A stretch of 64,000 bases of DNA. Source: Ptychodera flava. Taxonomy: Eukaryota. The stretch is from assembly GCF_041260155.1 (NCBI RefSeq), contig NC_091937.1, positions 6,640,626 through 6,704,625 of the forward strand, read 5' to 3'. The notes beneath the pieces are model-generated. The model ran no database searches, had not been told where the DNA came from, and saw only the letters and a list, made by a program, of their open reading frames with translations. Position 1 is the stretch's first letter, and the number at the start of each line of letters is the position of its first letter. The position numbers and the translations under genes were made by a program. Positions 26,167 to 38,000 of the stretch are shown here, in pieces.

Positions 26167-26350
26167 TACAAGTGCTAAGTACAGTTTTGTCAGTGAGGTC
26201 AGGGGAACCCGCTTTATGCTGGTCAGTAGAGTTGAACTGGGGCAATGTAAAGATCTGTACAAATCCGATGCAGACATGATAGCTCCTCCCAATGGATACA
26301 ACAGTGTGCACGGCGTCAAGGGAACAGACCAACAACCATCAGATTTCAAG
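26167..26350 (+). CDS. PARP4: PARP4-like exon 10 (catalytic): STSAKYSFVSEVRGTRFMLVSRVELGQCKDLYKSDADMIAPPNGYNSVHGVKGTDQQPSDFK
   Basis: Acceptor tctctgcatttcAG and donor AAG|GTAAGA. Human: LSTSIKYSHPGETDGTRLLLICDVALGKCMDLHEKDFSLTEAPPGYDSVHGVSQTASVTTDFE. Confidence 0.9.
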
Positions 26351-26372
26351 GTAAGAGTGGAAATATCCATTT

Positions 26373-27061
26373 TTAGCTCATATTTGGTTTTGTATATAAA
26401 TACCAAAAAGAGCTTATATGATGAGTCGGTGGCGTCTGTATGTCTGTATATTTGTCGGTATGTATATACGGATGTATGTCCGTCACACACAAAGGCTCCC
26501 ATACCGCCAAAGCTACCATCTCAGTATTTGGTGTAGAGGTAGATGCAGGGGTTGAGATGTGAATTTGTTCAAATGAACACATCAGTGTCAAAAATGTGCA
26601 AATGAGGTAAGAAAAAGTGAAATCCTGCAAATGTGCAGGAGTGATGGCATGCCAGTAAGAAACAGGCCAACTCCACTGATCTTGAGTCATTTCCTGTCAT
26701 TGTTTATGAACTGTTACATATTAACAGACCTGCTGAAACCATAGACAGTAGAGGGGGGGGGGAAGACCGTCTATACTCAAACTAAGAGGGGCTTGTTTCT
26801 GCTATGCATGTTGCTAAAGTTGACCTCCAGTACCTAAAGTTTCAGACCTTAATTACTTTTGTCATTCTTGTTTTTCTGGTTTAAATATTTCTTGTTGTTT
26901 TTCTGGTTGTACTGTGCAGAAATCATTGTCATAACATCAACGTAGAATTTTCCTCCACTGAACATATAGAAACAACATTTATTGTTGATCTTTGGTACCC
27001 ACACTGGTATGTACCAATTCTGATCAAATTTGAGCAACACCATATAATTGCGGTATTTTTA
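26373..27061. mobile_element. family B copy, beginning 23 bp downstream of the PARP4 exon 10 donor
   Basis: Near-identical to 14815-15500, including ...cctccagtacctaaagtttcagaccttaattacttttgtcattcttgtttttctggtttaaatatttcttg.... Confidence 0.7.
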
Positions 27062-28743
27062 GGATACTGTACTTGATTAGCGCACATATCAGTTATTTGC
27101 TGCTAGTCACTTCATCTTGTTCATGATAAAATTATTCACTGAGTTATGGGGGCTGATTCTGAATAATGTTGGAGTTCACCACTAGTATGCAAAGTTTCAA
27201 ACTTTTTGGAAGACTTTTGCACTAACCTCTTTCATACAATAATGATAATACTACTATCTTGTCATCACCAATGTAATATTGAAAAGTATGAATGTTGGTC
27301 CACACAAATGTAAGTTTTTATATTCATCCACCATACATTTAAAATTTGAAGTTTAAACTTTTGCTAGTACATTTTGCATGGAAACTTTAACCTGTTCTCC
27401 CCCTATGTAAACATATTCCTCTCTCTCCATGTCAATGGGTTTAGGCCAAACCATGGTGGTGAAAGAGTTGAATGAGATATATCTTTTTTGTAAATCATGC
27501 CTGGAAATAAAAAAAGTTAGCATGTCAACATTAGACAAGTACTAAAATATTTCAAATTACTAATATTGCTATATGCAAAAAGACCACTTATCTTTTGGGA
27601 TAACTGTCTGAGGTCAATGTGACTATCTGTATTTCTTAAAAACAAAATGATGTGCATCCATTGTCTGTTCCATTTTGAACAAATTCCCCACAGTTTGCAT
27701 GTGACAAAAAAGACAGACTGTCATTTTTGAAGTGATTTAACCAAGATATACATTCCACTTTCATGTTTAATTCATCAAAAATTGACAATTCACTATCTCT
27801 GTCTACTGTCGTTGAACAGTAGTGTCTACTGTCGTTGAACAGTAATAGGGCCTGGAAAAGTGTCTAGACCATGGTTATTATGTACATAACTGATTTGAAT
27901 CAGTTTTATGGTTCAGGTACTGCTTTATAAATGTCTAATGTTCATTATGCAATTCCCAGGGATGTCAATTTGTGGATAGGGAAATGTTCAATAGGCATAA
28001 TCTTTACAATTCAGATAATTTGTCTTGATACCCTGTAACTGTGTGTTGTTATACACCTGTGTCTGTAACCTTTAGAGTTTCATCGTAGAGTAAGTTTCAG
28101 TATCAGAGGACACTGAATCCAATAACTTTGACATGGAATACAAGAACTTGAGATTGTTGGACTCTATGTGACTTTTGACCTCACAGTAACTTTACATCAA
28201 CAGGGGAAAAAGAAGAGAAGATTTTACTTTTTTTTTATAAAAAACATACCGGTACTACTTAACATTCAGTACTTAATGCATAATGGTCAGTCCAAAACCT
28301 GTGAATTTGAGTGAAATTATGATGTTGAACTACAATTTCTACGACATGCACTGTGCTGTGCCAGTTGAAGTTTCATTTAGTGCTTTTACTCTAGCAGACA
28401 TGATAAAGGCACTCGCAGTCTGCTCATGATCACACGATGGGAATCCTTGAAATACCATAATTTGGGCTTTTTATGGTAAAATTGGAGTGAAAAGGTGTAT
28501 AATAATAATGTTATTCATAAAATAGCATGATTTGTCTCCTTGTACATTGTATGGTAATGTTATCAGACATAAATCCCAGTATTTTGTGAAATGCCTTGTT
28601 ATGTCACGTAGCTTTTTACAGAACATGCATGGCTTCTTCTGAGAGACTACTAAGTGTTCTTAATCAGAGTCTAAAGTATCCCATTCATATATCAAGATTT
28701 ATCTGTTGAAAACTGAATCCTTTATCTACTGCTTGTGTTTCAG

Positions 28744-28951
28744 GATGATGAGTATGTAGTGTATAACACAAACCAGCAGATGATGCGATATTTAGTTGAA
28801 TTTACAGTTCCTGGTGATGTCATCAAATCAGTGCCTTCTGCAGTGACACAACAAAGTAGAACCAGTGAGACTACTTCTTCAGATGATGAATCTGATTCTG
28901 AAAGTAGCATTGATGATTCTACTTCAGATGTCAGTGATGATTCTGGAATTG
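28744..28951 (+). CDS. PARP4: PARP4-like exon 11 (catalytic C-terminal end plus acidic Ser/Asp-rich linker): DDEYVVYNTNQQMMRYLVEFTVPGDVIKSVPSAVTQQSRTSETTSSDDESDSESSIDDSTSDVSDDSGI
   Basis: Acceptor tctactgcttgtgtttcAG and donor G|GTAAGA. Human: DDEFVVYKTNQVKMKYIIKFSMPGDQIK. Confidence 0.85.
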
Positions 28952-28982
28952 GTAAGAATAAAGATTGCATACATATTTCTTT

Positions 28983-29345
28983 TAAGTTAGAACATACCTT
29001 GGGGACAAATAGTCAGACTTTCAAATTCTTTCAAATTTCTACAATTTTTTTTCTGATCTACCACTTATAGGGGCTAATTTTAAAGCTCTTGGAGAAAGGA
29101 AAACTGTCATCGTGTTAGCTTTTCGAAAAATTCAAAATTTAATTTTTCTCCCTAGAGCTAACACAGGGATGGCAGCCATTTTGAATTTCAAATATCACAA
29201 AATGTTTTGTAATTTGTTTCGCTGGTTAAAAACTTTGTACGGTGACCCCCACTTTTTATTGTTGATTTGGTATGAGAATTGTTGAAAGTGTCATTAACGA
29301 AAGTTTGAGAAAAATTTTGAAATCTTTCATTTTTAAGCGCAATAT
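28983..29345 (-). mobile_element. SINE-like family copy (minus), 32 bp downstream of the PARP4 exon 11 donor
   Basis: Reverse-complement tail ttagaacataccttggggacaaatag and core agagctaacacagggatggcagccattttgaatttc. Confidence 0.7.
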
Positions 29346-30332
29346 ACTACCTTAATGGTTGAACATGCCTTGACACATTAAGTGTTTTCCACAGCTTGGA
29401 AAACAGGGGGGGGGGCAACCATTTTACATAACAATGCATAATTTGCATATTCTTTTGTTGTGTAAATAGTATTTTTCTATACAGTCATTAACATATGAAA
29501 ACATTGCTCCAAAACAGTAGGGTAGCCCACCCCTTAAAATACCCTTTTGGAGACCCCTGCACATAGTTTAAACTTTTGCAGTTACTTTAGTCCGGGAAAC
29601 TTTAACTCAGTTTCTTTCATATGACATTTATAAGATCAGCTATAAACTTAGTTGTAATGGGAAAACTAAATTTTTTGTTTTCTCAGAAAATGAGACAATA
29701 CCAACATTATTTACTCCAGTGGCTTAAAAATTAACTGACAAAGGCGACACATCAAAAAAGTATAGCAGTGATTTGAAAGTCTGAAAAGTGCTGTGTGGGT
29801 CCATGTTACCTTGGGGTAGAACATGCATCTCACCAAATCAAGAACATAAATCAGGGGTCGCCATGCAATGTTTGGAACTAGAGAAACAAATTACTACCTG
29901 TATGGATATAGAACTTCAAATTTGCTGCCATGCCCTGTGTTAATTTTATGGGAAAATACAACATTTTTCGATATTTTAAAGGAGACAGTGAAAGTGTTTT
30001 AGCTTCAAGAGCTTTAAAATGAAAGAATGGTAGACTAGAAAAAGTATTAAAACAATTTGAGAGTCCACATATCTTTCTCTGAGCCACATTCTATCTTAAT
30101 GCTGGACTTTCTCACAGCCCCTGGTTTGCTACACAATATGTAGTTACTGTATCATATATTCATACTGTGATATGTCCTCAATGGTCTTCGCAGGCCAGCT
30201 CTATGCCAACTGTGTAGCAACACTACCCCAGCTTGTTGAGAGCCTGGCTATGGTGAGCTCAAAATCAGGGCAGGAAAAGACCACGCTGTGTACAGCCAAT
30301 GTGGGACTTTAGAGAAACTGCTTTAATTTAGT

Positions 30333-30880
30333 TAGTGCCTCAAAATTGAAATACTTCAACCTTTGCCCAAACTTTCCAATAAGGAAATTTTAAATCCCTC
30401 CATTTTGAAATCAAGAATAAAAATCATGGGTAACCATGCAAATTGTGGTAATAGAGAAACAAATTACCCAATATTTATGAAATTCAAAATGGCTGCTAAC
30501 CCTGTGTTAACTCTATGGGCAAAAGTGAAGTCACCTTGCTGAAAGCTTTATTTACTCTGTTAGCTTTGACCCTTTGAGCGCCAAAGTCAATTTCTATCGC
30601 CTTTATAAAATGTACCCAAGTCCAATTTTTTCAAATTTTTGCCAAAATTTTAATGAAAAACTGTAGTCCATGAAATGTGATGTCCGTTTGGACCAAAATT
30701 ATCAAAAAAATTACAGAAAAATTCATAAAAATTGTTAAAATGTTGCACTAAAATTCTGATGTGAAAAATTACAGCACTTAAAAGGTTAAAATGAGCCCCC
30801 ACATATGGTATACCAAAACAGAATACTTAAGTTCCAGAGTCAGAATATCTCGTCCCAGGGCACATTCTGCCTTGATACAT
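30333..30880 (+). mobile_element. SINE-like family copy (plus) split by a nested piggyBac-like MITE at 30566-30789
   Basis: SINE head and core run 30333-30565. The SINE tail aatgagcccccacatatggtataccaaaacagaa...cacattctgcctt resumes at 30790. Confidence 0.65.
30566..30789. mobile_element. second, more diverged copy of the piggyBac-like MITE, inserted at a TTAA inside a SINE copy
   Basis: gctTTGA|CCCTTTGAGCGCC ... GCACTTAAAAGG|TTAAaatga. The interrupted SINE sequence gcttTAAaatga is continuous once the element is removed. Confidence 0.6.
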
Positions 30881-31138
30881 GAGTGATAGTATATCTCAAT
30901 TATAAAAAGTTCTCAAAAATTTATGGAAAAGTTGTGGCCCTTTGACATTGAAGAAACCCTGTAGACAACGTAATTATACTGAGTTATTATCAAACATGAA
31001 TATAAAATTTGTAAAAGGTTTTCAATCTATAAAGGGTGAGGTATTCGTATATGTGAAGAAACAACACAAAGTCTGTTTTGCTCTAAGAATTGGCTGTGAA
31101 TGTTATTTTATTCTGACAAATCTCTTTATGTCTGTCAG

Positions 31139-31269
31139 ACTTGAATGATGTCATGAATGTGACTGACCCTATGTCAAAGGTTAAACCTGGCTTGATTTCA
31201 ACAAGTGACACACCGGTACCCTTGAAGTCTGTTCATGTGAGGGCTAAACTGATGGATCTGGTTGCACAG
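31139..31269 (+). CDS. PARP4: PARP4-like exon 12: DLNDVMNVTDPMSKVKPGLISTSDTPVPLKSVHVRAKLMDLVAQ
   Basis: Acceptor tctctttatgtctgtcAG and donor CAG|GTAAGT. Human: LQDASGNLVPLEDVHIKGRIIDTVAQ, the start of the VIT domain. Confidence 0.8.
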
Positions 31270-32169
31270 GTAAGTTTTTTACAATGGAACAATTCAACTG
31301 AGGATTATTATAATGGATTTACTGTGAGCAAAGTTAGTCAGGTCAGACATCTTCAAGTATGTTGCAGGGCTAGGATCACTTTACATCATTGTTACTGGTC
31401 TTTGAGACCACAAAATACTGAACGGATTTGCAAATCTTTGGCATGTACTGATGGCTCCATCTACCACACAACAATTTCCAAATGTTTACAGAATCAGTTC
31501 AGCTCACTTTAATAAGAGATTAAATATCCATATATGGATAATGAAAATCTCTCAAACTACAAGAAGTGGAAATGATGATTCTAGATTATAATCGATGATG
31601 GGTGTGAAAGGGTGTAGAAGGCTTTGACATTATCAGCTGGTAAACTGTTCCAAGTGTTGTTCATATGTGGACTAAATGAAAACCTTTTCTAGTCAGCCGA
31701 GACAAAGGCTTGAACACCAATTTCAAGGCATATACTCAGGTTATTGCTTTCTTCATCTGAAATGAAAGGCTAAATAGGTCGATAATGATACAGGTATCAT
31801 TACTGAAAAATGGTGGAATTGTAAGGCATATATACTTTGAACATATTTTTGTATTTAACAATTTTGTCAAAGTTGTCTAAGTTGTTAGACACAAATTTCT
31901 GTCAGACTCAATTTTAGCTGCATATTGCAATTCAACAAGCAGACAGCTGAAACTCTGAGTTGCACCAATAAAGACAGGTGCAAGACAGAAAAATGTCTCT
32001 GTTGTTTACATGATTTTTGTTTTTGCAATAATTTTTTATTGAAAAAAGACCAAAGAATTTAACAACGAGGTTATAGAAAAAAATATAATATATCTCTACA
32101 TGATGATTTAATAAATAACTTTTCTTCTTACATATCAACATTAAAAATTTTCGTCCCCTTCCTTCGCAG

Positions 32170-32388
32170 GTCATCGTTATGCAAGCATACTTCAATGAAA
32201 GTAAGGACCCAATAGAGGCAAAATATGTCTTTCCGTTGGATACTATGGCAGCAGTGTGCGGCTTTGAAGCATTCATAAACGGCAAACATATCATTGGTCA
32301 AGTCAAAGAAAAGGAAACAGCACACAAAGAATACAAGGAAGCCATAAGTAAAGGGCATGGAGCATACCTCATGGATGAAGAAACTCCA
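32170..32388 (+). CDS. PARP4: PARP4-like exon 13 (VIT domain): VIVMQAYFNESKDPIEAKYVFPLDTMAAVCGFEAFINGKHIIGQVKEKETAHKEYKEAISKGHGAYLMDEETP
   Basis: Acceptor tcgtccccttccttcgcAG and donor CCA|GTAAGT. It is near-identical to human VIVFQTYTNKSHVPIEAKYIFPLDDKAAVCGFEAFINGKHIVGEIKEKEEAQQEYLEAVTQGHGAYLM. Confidence 0.9.
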
Positions 32389-32807
32389 GTAAGTTAGGGC
32401 GTCTGAATACTCTGCTTGTCTTTAATAGGGTGTCTGAAACTCTGCTTGCCTTTACTCTTGACAGATAGCTTGTATCTTCATTTATGCTACGTTAAAATGT
32501 AGCTGTGTGTCTCATAGTTTATGTGTCAGTGTGCCTGTCTGTCAGCATTAACACTTTCTAGCGCTTTGTACAAAATCTGTATATCTTTCATTCGCTCTCT
32601 CTTTCCTCTTCAGTCTCTCTGTCTCTGTGCTTTTCTCTTTGTGAAAAGTCATCCATTGTAAGTCTTTCTTCCTTTACCAAGTGGGCAGAACCACAAGAAA
32701 AATATTATTACATGATTGAGTTGATGTCCAATGGATAGACATTTAAGAAATTACATAATATGACCTATCAGAGTATGTAATGTAATATTATATGTATCAT
32801 TAAGGTA

Positions 32808-33155
32808 GTATTACCTCAAAAGTGAAAGACTTAAACTTTTGCCCAAACTTTACTCAAGAAACTTTCAACCATTCTCTTAAGCAATCAAGAACAAAAATAA
32901 CGAGTCCCTCTGCAAAGTTTGGAACTAGGAAACAAATTATCCAACAATTAGTAATACCGGTATCTGCAACTCAAAATGGCTGCCATCCCTGCATAAACTC
33001 TATGGGGCATGAACATTTTTGATTTCAAGAAAATTATGACAGTGAAAATTTTCTTACAGCTTTAAAGTGAACCACCACAAGTGATAGATTAGAATAGGAT
33101 TGAAAAACCTTCAGACTCTCAATCTGTCCCAGACGCATGCATTCAACCTTAATTA
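32808..33155 (+). mobile_element. SINE-like family copy (plus), ending about 45 bp upstream of the exon 14 acceptor
   Basis: Head agtgaaagacttaaacttttgcccaaactttactcaa, core caaaatggctgccatccctgcataaactctatggg. Confidence 0.7.
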
Positions 33156-33199
33156 TTCGGCTGACTACAATTTTGTTCATTTTCATCCTCTGCAACTAG

Positions 33200-33405
33200 G
33201 ATGTTTTCACAGTGAGTGTTGGAAACCTACCACCAATGGCAACGGTCCTGATCAAGATTACATATGTTACAGAACTCAGTGTGGATGGAGATAACATCTT
33301 GTTTCAGCTGCCAGGAAGTGTTGCTCCCTGGAAAAAAGACTCAGCACTTTCTCAAGAAACTCAGACAGATGTGAAAACTGTGAAGGTAGAGAAGGAAGGA
33401 CAAGG
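33200..33405 (+). CDS. PARP4: PARP4-like exon 14 (VIT): DVFTVSVGNLPPMATVLIKITYVTELSVDGDNILFQLPGSVAPWKKDSALSQETQTDVKTVKVEKEGQ(gg)
   Basis: Acceptor tttcatcctctgcaactAG and donor GG|GTAAGA. Human: DVFTVSVGNLPPKAKVLIKITYITELSILGTVGVFFMPATVAPWQQDKALNENLQD. Confidence 0.9.
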
Positions 33406-34995
33406 GTAAGAATTCAATAAATTTATTTAGCATTATGTTCCATATCAAAATGCACATATACTCACTTTTACAGTCCTTAGGGTATTGTTTAATTTTATTT
33501 TATATTCCTCCCCATTATACACTTTTTGTCCCAAAAAAATTGATGGTAGACAATTGATATCAGTACTGACTCTGTTTGACTAGTTCAAAAGTTATTGTCT
33601 TTGTAAAATTGTCTTTGTAACTGTCAGTTGTAAAAAAAAAATTGTATGACCATATTTTGAGCAAAGAACACGTTTGTGTGTCATTATTTATATCCATGAT
33701 GAAAGGACTAAATTAAAAATCGTCACAATAAAGTATTTTACTCCTTCAAGACAAAGTAAACTTTTGTTTAGTGTAGGTTAATCACAATGTTTTCCAAATA
33801 ATCGGTGTGAATTTTTTCATGAATAGTTAGCAGAACTTCTTAATTCAGAATGTAGTTGTGGGTTTCATGCGCTGTGAAGTCCAAAAACCATCCACTTAGG
33901 CAGAATTTTTTTTTATCTTTTATTAAAATATATGCTTCAAAAAACAAAACGTTTGCATTAACATCAAGTTCGTATTCAAATAGCAAGTTAATTACATTTA
34001 TAATAGGACTGTATGAATTTCATTGGATATTTGTACATTTCAGAGTAAAGACTGTATTTAGTTCTACAAGTGAGCTCATATTTTAGTAGACCACCAATTG
34101 CAATATTTTTCTCCATTTGCCAATACTTGTGAATAGTCCATTTTCCGATCAGTATAAGAAAATTAACAAAGTTTTCATCATCTTGAGAAAAATTATTCAT
34201 ACAACAATAAAGTACAATGTGTTTTTCTTTTATGTACATTGGCGTTTTCAAAAGTTTACTAAGAATACATTCTATATTATTCCAAACAACTTTAGCAATT
34301 TGACATCATAAAAATTTGTGTTCGAGGGTATCTACCTGCTTACACACTTTACAATCCATTGACGTTCTCTTGTTCCAAAAGTAGAGAAATTTATTACATG
34401 GAATAATCCGTTACATGGAATAATCCACCCAGGCAGAATTGTAAATCGCATTTTGAAATTCAGGCACAAGTTCCAACCATAATAGTATGATGACATGTGT
34501 AGTTGTCACCATATGGTGATTGGTTGGGAGTGAGTTTTGCCGTAACAATGAGTGTGAATATGGTAGTGATGAGAATTTCTGACCAATCACAAACAAGCTT
34601 ACAATGATGGATTTCTAGTGGAACCAGTACCTTTTATTACATATCACTGTGGCATCACAGGGTAGTTTCAGTTCCCTTTCTTGATCATCTTAACAATTTC
34701 ACCACCCGACTATGGTTTAGCCCGGTGAAACCCATTGTTACCAAAGATGATTGTTGACCTTTAACTTGAAAATGGGGTGGAAAGGTTACCAATTATCTGC
34801 TCACACTTTAAAATCAAGAACTCAATGCAAGCATGTGGTAATGGGTTGATAGACACAAAATATCAATGCTAGATCCCAGAATGTTGTAATCTGTGGTATA
34901 CTGAACATTAAATTGAATCTCCACAAAACACAGAAACTGTTCCAAAACATACACAGGTGTGGAAACTTCAATTTTGCATTGATATTTCTCAACAG

Positions 34996-35077
34996 GGATC
35001 TGAGCATCCAAGCTTCTGTTGAGATGCCATTTGACATCAGAACAATAGAATCACCCACTCATGAAATCAACATCAAG
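34996..35077 (+). CDS. PARP4: PARP4-like exon 15: (G)DLSIQASVEMPFDIRTIESPTHEINIK
   Basis: Acceptor atatttctcaacAG and donor AAG|GTATTT. Human: QSFSLTMSIEMPYVIEFIFSDTHELKQK. Confidence 0.8.
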
Positions 35078-35170
35078 GTATTTGATTTATATGCCATTTT
35101 CTTGTGTTTTTCAATAGATTTTGAAGCAAATTTAATAGCTACATGAGAAAGTTTTCTACAAAGTTACGGT

Positions 35171-35501
35171 AGTTTGTGCCTCAAAATGAAGACTTAAGCT
35201 TTTGTCAGGCTCTCCTCAAGCAAACTGTCAACCATTCTCTTTCAAAATCAAGAATAGAAATTGGGTGTCACCATGCAAAGTTTGGTATTAGAGAAACAAG
35301 TTATCTTCCATCAAATTGGCTGCCATCCCCGTATTTACTCTATGGGGAAAACAAAATTTCTGATTTTCACAAAACTAAGCTGGTGAAAACTTTATTTAAT
35401 CCATAAGTTTCCACATGAGCCTCCTCGAGTGGCAGGCCAAAAGAATTATTTTGAAATTTTTAGAGTCTGAATATCTTTCCCAGAGGCACATTCTACCTTA
35501 A
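35171..35501 (+). mobile_element. SINE-like family copy (plus)
   Basis: gtgcctcaaaatgaagacttaagcttttg ... ggctgccatccccgtatttactctatgggg ... cacattctaccttaa. Confidence 0.75.
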
Positions 35502-35861
35502 AGCTCCACTAGAGTAACTCTTGATGTATTTTTAATCCTTTATTTGTCCTGCACGTAGAGTACAGTTTCTCATTTCTACTCCAAAAGTCATGTGTAAGTG
35601 CTTTGTGTTCAACAATACAACTCAGCCTGGATATGAGTAATATGCGATGTCACTGGTATTGTTATCATTGTGAATTGTAATCACAACTTTAATTCATTTT
35701 TCCAGATTCATACAAAATGACTTTAATAATGAATCCAACAAAAATGTTTTTGCACTTAGAAATAGACATCTTCCAGTACGTAATTTGAATATTTTAATGA
35801 CACATTATTTTAATGCGGATTCCGAGTGTCATCTGACCTTTGACCTGACTATGTCTCACAG

Positions 35862-35999
35862 CGCACTGCCAGCAAAGCTGTCATTGAACTTGAGAAGAAC
35901 TCGACCATGGGCGATGGTTTCCAGCTGTTGATTGGACTTGCTGAGATCCATGTCCCCAGGATGTGGGTTGAAAAACATCCAGATAAGACTGATAGTCAG
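35862..35999 (+). CDS. PARP4: PARP4-like exon 16: RTASKAVIELEKNSTMGDGFQLLIGLAEIHVPRMWVEKHPDKTDSQ
   Basis: Acceptor tgactatgtctcacAG and donor CAG|GTAAAA. Human: RTDCKAVISTMEGSSLDSSGFSLHIGLSAAYLPRMWVEKHPEKESE. Confidence 0.9.
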
Positions 36000-36861
36000 G
36001 TAAAATGTTGTATTGAAGAGGAAATCAATTTAGAATTGGATGAAATGGCTGGATCATGTACTTGCATTGTATAGATATCAGCAGAATGAGCCATTGCTAT
36101 CAAATGAAGATACAGCTTTATTGTCTTCTATGGCAAAGCTGGACCACTTGAAATGCAATGGGGGGGGGGGGGATGAAAGCAATCTTACTTTCGTCACACT
36201 GAAAGTAGTTTTCATACTGTCAAATTTTGGTAAAATTACAATTTTTTTTGCAAAAGTCCTTTGAGTAGGAGAGGGATACATACTGTATATTAACCTATCT
36301 ATGAAGGGTTATCAGTTTTCTTAGCTTGACCAGTTGATTGGCAAATATGTACTAGTTATGTATTGCACAGTAGTGAGAGTATGATAAAGAATTGGTTGAA
36401 CATCAACCAAACAAGTGGTAGTCACATTGGACTGACTTTGATGCTTGTCTTGGGGAGACAACAAATTATAAGCATTTGCTGTATCCCTGTGATCATGTTC
36501 AAATCGTGCACAGGTAGTTAGGCCGTCTTTTTACATGCCATATCTAGTACATGTATACATGCAGCAATGGGGACATAGGATAGCAGAGAGTCCATATTTA
36601 TGTTTAGATAATTATGTACATGTATTTGTACCGTTATCTGTGTGTGTTTGTCCATTTCGTGCTGAGTTAGTATTCAGTGATTGTAGTGGGTATGTGTCAC
36701 TTTGCTGAATAATCACCCACTTACAGTATTTTGTATCTCAGTGTCTTCCCATGGTATATTCACTCATTACCACTTAAAGGCGGAGCTTACATTTTACTTG
36801 TCAAGATATGTCATAAATAACACTAACATTGTACCATTGGTTGTATTATTTTCCAACACAG

Positions 36862-37048
36862 GCGTGTATGTTGACATTCTACGCTGAGTTTGAAGCAGAC
36901 AGCATAAATGGTTATGAGGTGGTCTTTTTCTTGGATTTGTCAAATTCAATGCAAGGAAATTCACTCACAATGGCAAAGAAGATACTTATGTTGTCGTTGC
37001 ATCACCTACCGGAATGCTGTACCTTTAATATTGTAATCTTTGGCTCAA
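36862..37048 (+). CDS. PARP4: PARP4-like exon 17 (vWA domain start, MIDAS-like DxSxS): ACMLTFYAEFEADSINGYEVVFFLDLSNSMQGNSLTMAKKILMLSLHHLPECCTFNIVIFGS
   Basis: Acceptor ttgtattattttccaacacAG and donor A|GTAAGT. Human: ACMLVFQPDLDVDL...EVIICLDCSSSMEGVTFLQAKQIALHALSLVGEKQKVNIIQFGT. Confidence 0.9.
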
Positions 37049-37390
37049 GTAAGTTGTTGCAGCTTGGCTTATAAACTTTTCTGCTCTCAACAAAGCAGGT
37101 TTTATCAAAAAAAGTTACTCTCTGCTGCTGTTACGGTCTTTAGTCTTTAAATTTCTCTCCACAATACATTTCATAATATGAGATGCCAGTGGTGAGACAG
37201 TACAAGCTTGCCTTACTGAGGATATTTGCATGAAGGCATGCTGTGTATTCTGTGGTGTGTTGGCACCTGGAGTGATCACGAAGAAACGAAATACAGGAGT
37301 AAAGCTTTCAGAAATGTGATATTTTGTATTATTAAAAAGTACATTAAGCGTTGAAATCTTCCCGGCCGAAAGATGTTTCTTTTTTTAAGG

Positions 37391-37741
37391 TGTATGCACC
37401 TCGAAAGTGAAAGACTTAAACTTTTGCTCTAACTTTCCTCAAGGAATCTTTTAATCATTCTCTTTCAAAATCAAGAATAAAAATAGGGGGTCACCGTGCA
37501 AATTTTGGTACTAGAGAAACAAATAACCCAAGATTTACCGATATTAGAAATTCAAAATGGCCACCATCCCTGTGTTAACTCTATGGAGAAAAATAAAATT
37601 TTCGAATTTCGAAAAAGTAAGCCGGTGAAAAGTTTTCTTTCACCAAGAGCTTTAAAATGAACCCCATATGTGGTATATCAGAAGAGCATTGTAAAAGTTT
37701 GAGAGTCCGAACGTCTGTCCCCGAGGTGCGTTCTACCTTAA
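37391..37741 (+). mobile_element. SINE-like family copy (plus)
   Basis: Full-length copy: cacctcgaaagtgaaagacttaaac ... gccaccatccctgtgttaactctatgg ... gtgcgttctacctta. Confidence 0.75.
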
Positions 37742-38000
37742 GTATAATAATAATAGCTTGCATACCGTCATTTTCGTTTTGCTTATAAGATACTTGTTGT
37801 TTACAAACAAAAGTAGTTTGGGGCACAAGAGCTCATTAACATAAGATTATTGTATAATGTTTTCTGTATTGCACTGCAGTGCAAATACCAATTGTACGTG
37901 CACTATTAAAAAGTACAGTGAGCGTTGAAATCTTGCAGACCGAAAGATGTCTCTTTCTTTAAGTAGTATAATAATAGCTTGCATACCGTCATTTTTGTTA

